Positions 56,834-64,000 of a stretch of 64,000 nt of DNA are shown here, piece by piece; within the stretch, counting starts at the first letter, position 1; the number at the start of each line of letters is the position of its first letter. The stretch covers positions 32,001 to 96,000 of the forward strand of contig JBBQQR010000006.1 of assembly GCA_038215615.1 (NCBI GenBank), read 5' to 3'. The notes under the pieces are model-generated. The model had not been told where the DNA came from. It made no database searches and worked only from the letters and a program-made list of their open reading frames with translations. Source of the DNA: Vulcanimicrobiales bacterium (GTDB lineage Bacteria; Vulcanimicrobiota; Vulcanimicrobiia; Vulcanimicrobiales; Vulcanimicrobiaceae). The translations under genes and the position numbers were made by a program.

Positions 56834-57274
56834 TTGCCGACCATTAGCCAGTTGGTCCGTAAGGGCCGCAAAAAGGCCGAGAAAAAAGTGAAGACTCCGG
56901 CGTTCCGCGTCATTCAGACCGGACCGAAACCGGGCCACCCCGATCTGCCTTTGCGCGCCTTCGAAGTGACCGGAAATCCGCAGCGTCGCGGCGTCTGCAC
57001 GCAAGTGAAAACCGTCACTCCGAAAAAGCCCAATTCTGCGCTGCGCAAAGTTGCGCGCGTCCGCTTGACCAATGGCGAAGAAGTCACCGCATACATTCCC
57101 GGTATCGGCCACAACTTGCAAGAGCACTCCGTCGTGCTCGTGCGTGGCGGACGGGTGAAAGATCTGCCGGGCGTGCGGTATCACATCATTCGCGGTACGC
57201 TCGACACCTCGGGCGCGGCGAATCGTCAGCAAGGCCGCTCGAAATACGGCGCTAAGCGCTCAGCGAAGAAGTAG
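56834..57274 (+). CDS. rpsL: 30S ribosomal protein S12
   Basis: [22 protein letters not shown]. Confidence 0.99.
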   Translation: MPTISQLVRKGRKKAEKKVKTPAFRVIQTGPKPGHPDLPLRAFEVTGNPQRRGVCTQVKTVTPKKPNSALRKVARVRLTNGEEVTAYIPGIGHNLQEHSVVLVRGGRVKDLPGVRYHIIRGTLDTSGAANRQQGRSKYGAKRSAKK

Positions 57275-57280
57275 AGCGCT

Positions 57281-57751
57281 ATGCCACGTAAAGGACCGGC
57301 GCCCAAGCGCCAGATTCTGCCCGATCCGCGTCACAACTCGAAAGTGCTCGCCCGCTTCATTAATAAGATCATGCTGCGCGGCAAGAAATCTTTGGCCGAG
57401 CGCATCGCTTACGGTGCGCTCGATATCGTCGCGGAGAAAACCGGGCGCGACCCGATGGACATTTTCTCACAAGCGCTCAGTAACGCGATGCCGCTGGTCG
57501 AAGTGCGTCCGCGCCGCGTCGGCGGGGCCACATATCAAGTTCCCATGGAAGTGCGTCCGGACCGGCGGCAGGCCATGGCCATGCGCTGGCTCATCGGATT
57601 CGCGCGTACGCGGCCGGGCCATTCTATGGAAGAGAAGCTCGCGGGCGAACTGATGGACGCCGCCAACAATCAAGGCGCGACCATCAAAAAGCGCGAGGAC
57701 ACGCACAAGATGGCCGAGGCCAATAAAGCCTTCGCGCATTACCGCTGGTAA
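57281..57751 (+). CDS. rpsG: 30S ribosomal protein S7
   Basis: [26 protein letters not shown]. Confidence 0.99.
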   Translation: MPRKGPAPKRQILPDPRHNSKVLARFINKIMLRGKKSLAERIAYGALDIVAEKTGRDPMDIFSQALSNAMPLVEVRPRRVGGATYQVPMEVRPDRRQAMAMRWLIGFARTRPGHSMEEKLAGELMDAANNQGATIKKREDTHKMAEANKAFAHYRW

Positions 57752-57756
57752 TCGCT

Positions 57757-59856
57757 ATGGCCCTCAACCGCGAATATCCGCTCGAGCGGACCCGTAACAT
57801 CGGCATTGCAGCCCACATCGACGCCGGCAAGACGACGTGCACCGAGCGTATTCTCTTTTACACCGGCCGCACGCATAAGATCGGCGAAGTCCACGACGGC
57901 GCCGCCACGATGGACTGGATGGTGCAAGAGCAGGAACGCGGCATCACGATTACGTCGGCGGCGACTGCATGCACCTGGCGCGACACCCGCATCAATATTA
58001 TCGATACGCCCGGGCACGTGGACTTCACCGTTGAAGTCGAACGTTCGTTGCGAGTGCTCGATGGTTTGGTCGCGCTTTTCGACTCGGTAGCCGCCGTGCA
58101 GCCGCAATCGGAAACCGTCTGGCGTCAGGCTAATAAATACCGCGTGCCGCGCATCATCTTCGTCAACAAGATGGACCGCGTCGGCGCCGATTTTTTCAAT
58201 GCCGTCGACAAAATTAAAGAGCGGCTGGGCGCCAATGCGACCCCGATTCAAGTCCCCATCGGCGCAGAAGACAAATTTGAAGGTGTTGTCGACCTGTTTT
58301 CGATGAAGAAGATCATTTACACTGACGACGCCGGATCGGCCATCGAAGAGTCAGAGGTGACGGGCGACCTGCGCGAGCAGGCACTGAAATGGCGCCTAAA
58401 CCTAGTTGAGAACATCGCGAGCGAAGACGAAGAGCTGCTCGAAATGTTTGTCGCGGGCCAAGAACTTCCGCTCGATCGCATGAAGGCGGCGCTTCGCAAG
58501 GCGACGATCGACGGCAGTGTGCTGCCGATGCTCTGCGGATCGGCTTTCAAAAATAAGGGCGTACAGCCCCTGCTGGACGCTATCGTTGACTATCTGCCCT
58601 CTCCGCTCGAAGCCAAGCCGATCGTCGGCAAGGATCCGCAAAGCGGCGAAGAGATGCGGCGCAAGCCCGAGGACTCGGAACCGTTCTGCGCACTGGCTTT
58701 CAAGATTGCCACCGACCCGTATGGCAACCTGACGTACTTCCGCGTCTACAGCGGAACGCTGAACAAAGGCACCTACCTCTACAACTCCCGTTCGGGGCGC
58801 AAAGAGCGGATCGGACGCATCCTGCGCATGCACGCCAACCATCGCGAAGATATCGATTCGATCGGCGCGGGCGATATTGCCGCAGCAGTCGGATTGACGG
58901 ACACACGCACGGGCGACACGCTCTGCGACGAGAAGCAGGCGATCACCCTGGAATCGATTACGTTTCCGGAGCCGGTGATTTCGCAGGCCATCGAACCGAA
59001 GACCAAGGGCGATCAGGACAAGCTCGGCACCGCGCTCACGCGGCTGGCGCAAGAAGATCCTACCTTTAAGATGCGCACCGATGAAGAGACCCAGCAGACG
59101 ATTATCTCCGGCATGGGCGAGCTCCACTTGGAGATCATCCTCGACCGGCTGCGCCGCGAGTTCAAAGTTGAAGCCAACGTCGGTAAACCGCAGGTCGCTT
59201 ACAAAGAAGCGATCACCAAGACTGTTGAAAAGGAAGGCAAGTTCATCCGGCAGTCCGGCGGCAAAGGCCAATTCGGTGACATTTGGCTCAGAGTGGAGCC
59301 GCAAGAGCCCGGCACGGGCTTTGTCTTTGAATGGAAGATCGTTGGCGGCAAGGTTCCAAAGGAGTATGCTAAGGCGGTTCAGGAAGGCATCCAGGAGGCG
59401 TCGCTGAGCGGTGTTCTGGCGGGATATCCGGTTATGGACTTCAAGGCGGTCGCCTTCGACGGCAAATACCACGATGTAGACTCGTCCGAGATTGCGTTCA
59501 AAATTGCTGCGTCGATGGGCTTCAAAGAAGCCAATCGCGCCGCCGGGCCGATCTTGCTCGAGCCGATCATGAAGGTCGAGGTTACGACGCCCAAAGACTA
59601 TATGGGCGCGATTACCGGGGATTTGAATCGCCGGCGCGGCATTATCCAGGTTACGGAAGAAGCCCCGGGCGGCGCGCAAGTGATCACAGCGAACGTACCG
59701 CTTTCCGAGATGTTTGGCTACGCGACCGACATGCGGTCGGCAACGCAGGGCCGGGCGACCTATACGATGGAGTTCGCGCACTACGAGAAGGCTCCGAAAT
59801 TCATCGAAGAAGAAATCGTCGCGAAGGCCGCGGGCAAGAAAAGCTCAGCCGCCTAA
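57757..59856 (+). CDS. fusA: Elongation factor G
   Basis: [35 protein letters not shown]. Confidence 0.99.
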   Translation: MALNREYPLERTRNIGIAAHIDAGKTTCTERILFYTGRTHKIGEVHDGAATMDWMVQEQERGITITSAATACTWRDTRINIIDTPGHVDFTVEVERSLRVLDGLVALFDSVAAVQPQSETVWRQANKYRVPRIIFVNKMDRVGADFFNAVDKIKERLGANATPIQVPIGAEDKFEGVVDLFSMKKIIYTDDAGSAIEESEVTGDLREQALKWRLNLVENIASEDEELLEMFVAGQELPLDRMKAALRKATIDGSVLPMLCGSAFKNKGVQPLLDAIVDYLPSPLEAKPIVGKDPQSGEEMRRKPEDSEPFCALAFKIATDPYGNLTYFRVYSGTLNKGTYLYNSRSGRKERIGRILRMHANHREDIDSIGAGDIAAAVGLTDTRTGDTLCDEKQAITLESITFPEPVISQAIEPKTKGDQDKLGTALTRLAQEDPTFKMRTDEETQQTIISGMGELHLEIILDRLRREFKVEANVGKPQVAYKEAITKTVEKEGKFIRQSGGKGQFGDIWLRVEPQEPGTGFVFEWKIVGGKVPKEYAKAVQEGIQEASLSGVLAGYPVMDFKAVAFDGKYHDVDSSEIAFKIAASMGFKEANRAAGPILLEPIMKVEVTTPKDYMGAITGDLNRRRGIIQVTEEAPGGAQVITANVPLSEMFGYATDMRSATQGRATYTMEFAHYEKAPKFIEEEIVAKAAGKKSSAA

Positions 59857-59906
59857 GTGACGCGATTGCAAAACACTAGAGTTCTATGAGGAAGACGACT
59901 TAAAAA

Positions 59907-61417
<1,511 letters not shown>

Positions 61418-61466
61418 CCGCCGCGCTTCGCGCGGACAAGCAGGCGGCCCCGGCGAATCTGGGGTC

Positions 61467-61892
61467 ATGCCGATTCCGCTGCACGAGGTTCGCGAGCGCA
61501 CATTTTCCGGAACCCGCCGTCGCATTTTCCAGCTCTTCGTCGATATGGGGACGTCTAACGACATCATCTGGCCGTTCGCCGCGCAGCCGTTCATGCGTTC
61601 GCCAGGGCCGATGGTTGTCGGCCGCACGGAAGAATGGCATAACGGGTTCCACGCCGTGCTGGAAGAGGTTGTGCCCGAGGAAAAAATCGTGTGGCGGATT
61701 CAGAACGACGGTGTTGACGGCACGCACGGGTTTTATCTCAGCGGCGACGCCAAGAAGACAACGGTGCAGCACCGCACCGATGCGATACTGAACGATACCG
61801 AGGGCCGAATGCTGTGGCGACGCCTGGAAGATCAGCAAGAGCGCTCTATCGAAGCGCTCTTCGATAAGATCGCCCGCGTTCTCAAGCGGTAG
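61467..61892 (+). CDS. Hypothetical protein, SRPBCC/START-like
   Basis: About 140 aa, beta-strand pattern (EVVPEEKIVW) and C-terminal helix. Confidence 0.6.
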   Translation: MPIPLHEVRERTFSGTRRRIFQLFVDMGTSNDIIWPFAAQPFMRSPGPMVVGRTEEWHNGFHAVLEEVVPEEKIVWRIQNDGVDGTHGFYLSGDAKKTTVQHRTDAILNDTEGRMLWRRLEDQQERSIEALFDKIARVLKR

Positions 61893-61899
61893 AGATTCA

Positions 61900-63069
61900 A
61901 TGGCAGCGTCGCCGGGCGCGCTCGACTTCCTGGGAATCGACGCGTTGCTCGACGATGAAGAACGCATGGTGCGCGACACGGTTCGCGCGTTCGTGCGCGA
62001 TCGAATTTTGCCCAATATCGCGCAATGGTTCGAAAGCCACACGTTTCCGCGCGAACTTTCGCGAGAACTCGGAACGCTCGGCGTTCTCGGAATGCACTTA
62101 CACGGTTACGGCTGTCCCGGCGCGAGTGCGGTTTCCTACGGCTTGGCGTGTTTGGAGCTGGAGGCGGGTGATTCGGGAATTCGCAGCTTTGCATCGGTGC
62201 AAGGCTCGCTGGCCATGTTCGCGATCAACCGTTGGGGCAGCGACGATCAAAAAGAAACGTGGCTTCCCCGCATGGCTAGGGGCGAACTGATAGGCTGTTT
62301 CGGATTAACAGAGCCCGATTTCGGCAGCGATCCTTCGGGGATACGCACCGCCGCCCGGCGTGACGGCTCAGATTGGATTATCGACGGGACCAAGGCGTGG
62401 ATCACCAGCGGCGGCATTGCGGATGTCGCCATCGTGTGGGCGCAGACCGATGAAGGCATTCGCGGGTTTATCGTTCCGTCAAAGACAAAAGGCTTTGCCG
62501 CGCATGCCATCGAGCGCAAAATTTCACTGCGGGCGTCGGTAACTTCAGAGCTCGTTTTCGAGAATTGCCGGGTTCCCGACGATGCGGCCTTTCCCGAAGT
62601 GCGCGGTTTACGCGGCCCGCTGGCATGTTTGAATGAAGCCCGCTACGGCGTGCTTTGGGGCGCGATGGGCGCCGCGCGCAGCTGTTATGAAACGGCACTT
62701 GAATACGCCAAGTCGCGCCAACAGTTCGGCCGACCGATTGCCGGCTTCCAATTAACGCAGCAAAAGCTGGTCAAGATGTTGCTCGAATTGAACAAGGGTA
62801 CGTTGCTGGCTTTGCACATCGGACGCATGAAGGACGCCGGAAATGCGCATCCCGCGCATATCAGTTTCGGGAAACTGAACAACGTTCGCGAAGCGCTGGC
62901 GATCGCGCGCGAAGCACGCAGCGTCCTAGGAGCCAACGGCGTCACGCTTGAGTATCCCGTGATTCGTCATATGAACAATCTGGAGTCGGTATTCACCTAC
63001 GAAGGCACCAACGAAATCCACACGTTAATTCTCGGTCAAGCAATCACGGGCTTGAACGCTTTTACCTAA
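61900..63069 (+). CDS. Acyl-CoA dehydrogenase, glutaryl-CoA dehydrogenase-like
   Basis: IGCFGLTEPDFGSDP, GTKAWIT, LNEARYG, RQQFGRP, TYEGTNEIH. Confidence 0.93.
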   Translation: MAASPGALDFLGIDALLDDEERMVRDTVRAFVRDRILPNIAQWFESHTFPRELSRELGTLGVLGMHLHGYGCPGASAVSYGLACLELEAGDSGIRSFASVQGSLAMFAINRWGSDDQKETWLPRMARGELIGCFGLTEPDFGSDPSGIRTAARRDGSDWIIDGTKAWITSGGIADVAIVWAQTDEGIRGFIVPSKTKGFAAHAIERKISLRASVTSELVFENCRVPDDAAFPEVRGLRGPLACLNEARYGVLWGAMGAARSCYETALEYAKSRQQFGRPIAGFQLTQQKLVKMLLELNKGTLLALHIGRMKDAGNAHPAHISFGKLNNVREALAIAREARSVLGANGVTLEYPVIRHMNNLESVFTYEGTNEIHTLILGQAITGLNAFT

Positions 63070-63235
63070 GCGAGGTTCTGGTCAACAAACGCTCTTGCGC
63101 TGTGGATTAGCCTGCCCCGAAGGGGCCCCCGGCCGTCGGGCGGCTTGTGACTGCTTACGGGGTCTACGATTGCAAATTCGTTCGAAGCGACCGCCCTTCA
63201 ATAGAAGAGAGACAGTCGGCCGCGTCCCGTTCCGC

Positions 63236-63264
63236 TTGACGGGCGGGGCACCACCTGTTACTAT
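63236..63264 (+). promoter_or_regulatory. Sigma70-type promoter (extended -10) of rplC
   Basis: TTGACG, 17 nt, TACTAT preceded by TGn. Confidence 0.8.
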
Positions 63265-63351
63265 CCCGAGGTTGCCCTCGCCGGCGGCTGCTTTTTGCGC
63301 GCCGGACGGGAATATAACCAATACGCCAGGGTCCGTGGAGACTAACTGCTG

Positions 63352-63984
63352 ATGAAGAACATCCTCGGCCGCAAGGTTGGGATGACGAGCGTGTTCACCG
63401 ACGATGGCCGCTACGTGCCGGTTACGGTGATTGCGGCCGGTCCTTGCACCGTCGTAGAACGCCGGTCAAAAGATACGCACGGCTACGAAGCCGTCGCGCT
63501 TGCGTTCGGCGACGTGAAGAAGTCTCGCGTGAACCGCGCCATGACCGGACACTATAAGAAGGCGGGCGTCGAACCGCGACGGTGGACTCGCGAGTTCCGC
63601 CAGGACATCGACGGCGTGGAAGCCGGTCAAACGATCACGGTTTCGCAGTTCGAAGCCGGCGACCGCGTCGACGTCGTCGGCGTTTCGAAAGGTCACGGTT
63701 TTTCGGGCGGCATCAAACGGCATAACTTTCGGGGCGGCGGCGCGAGCCACGGCTCCATGATCCATCGTCAGCCTGGCTCCAACGGCGACACCAACGCCGG
63801 ACGTACCGTCAAAGGCAGCCGGCGTCCCGGGCATTACGGCGTCGACCGCACGACGCATCAAAATTTGGAAATCGTGCGTACGGACGCGGAGCGGAATTTG
63901 TTGCTCGTGCGCGGTCCGGTGCCGGGGCCCAAAAACGCGCTTGTGATCGTCACGCGTACGACCAAAGCGAAAGCGGCCAGCTAA
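63352..63984 (+). CDS. rplC: 50S ribosomal protein L3
   Basis: ILGRKVGMT, SKGHGFSGGIKRHNF, GPVPGP. Confidence 0.98.
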   Translation: MKNILGRKVGMTSVFTDDGRYVPVTVIAAGPCTVVERRSKDTHGYEAVALAFGDVKKSRVNRAMTGHYKKAGVEPRRWTREFRQDIDGVEAGQTITVSQFEAGDRVDVVGVSKGHGFSGGIKRHNFRGGGASHGSMIHRQPGSNGDTNAGRTVKGSRRPGHYGVDRTTHQNLEIVRTDAERNLLLVRGPVPGPKNALVIVTRTTKAKAAS

Positions 63985-64000
63985 TGCCGCACGTGATCGA
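63984..64000 (+). CDS. rplD: Start of next gene, probably 50S ribosomal protein L4 (3'-partial)
   Basis: TAATG overlap with the rplC stop; identity inferred from S10-operon synteny only. Confidence 0.6.

Noticed and set aside
56636..57232. N-terminal 199 aa of the 821-aa ORF overlapping rpsL
   Set aside because: Antisense to rpsL and its promoter; the paralog at 49502 supports a start near 56635
63070..63235. About 165-bp non-coding stretch before the rplC promoter as an ncRNA or small gene
   Set aside because: No recognisable RNA family, terminator or convincing ORF; cannot be supported without a covariance search

Overview
GC-rich bacterial chromosomal window covering the rpoB-rpoC-str-S10 core cluster. 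RNAP sequences of Terrabacteria type together with TonB-dependent outer-membrane receptors suggest a diderm such as Candidatus Eremiobacterota/Vulcanimicrobiota (inference, not verified). The usually contiguous cluster is broken up. rpoB is 5'-truncated, has a long acidic tail and is followed by its own terminator. rpoC lies about 9 kb downstream with its own sigma70-type promoter. rpsL-rpsG-fusA-tuf-rpsJ lies about 40.7 kb further on, and rplC is separated from rpsJ by two genes and has its own promoter. The inserted DNA encodes two TonB-dependent receptors, minor pilins, transporters, a TM0106-type nuclease-helicase, a desaturase, three MalT-like STAND regulators, an HD-GYP protein, a two-component system and metabolic enzymes. 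Best candidates for undescribed biology: (1) two tandem STAND-LuxR regulators followed by an unannotated 21-aa peptide ORF with a strong SD and an HD-GYP gene, possibly peptide signalling; (2) three copies of a fixed promoter architecture, GTGCCA-N6-TGGCAC-N10-(-10 box), two of which lead into leaderless ATGs, one upstream of the nuclease-helicase (possible new activator regulon); (3) SARP-type heptamer repeats beside a STAND-BTAD regulator; (4) two paralogous membrane proteins with PmoC/AmoC-like D-x3-H-x12/13-H motifs; (5) a TonB-dependent receptor with an about 370-aa duplicated extension after the barrel. No rRNA, tRNA, CRISPR array or IS element was recognised.
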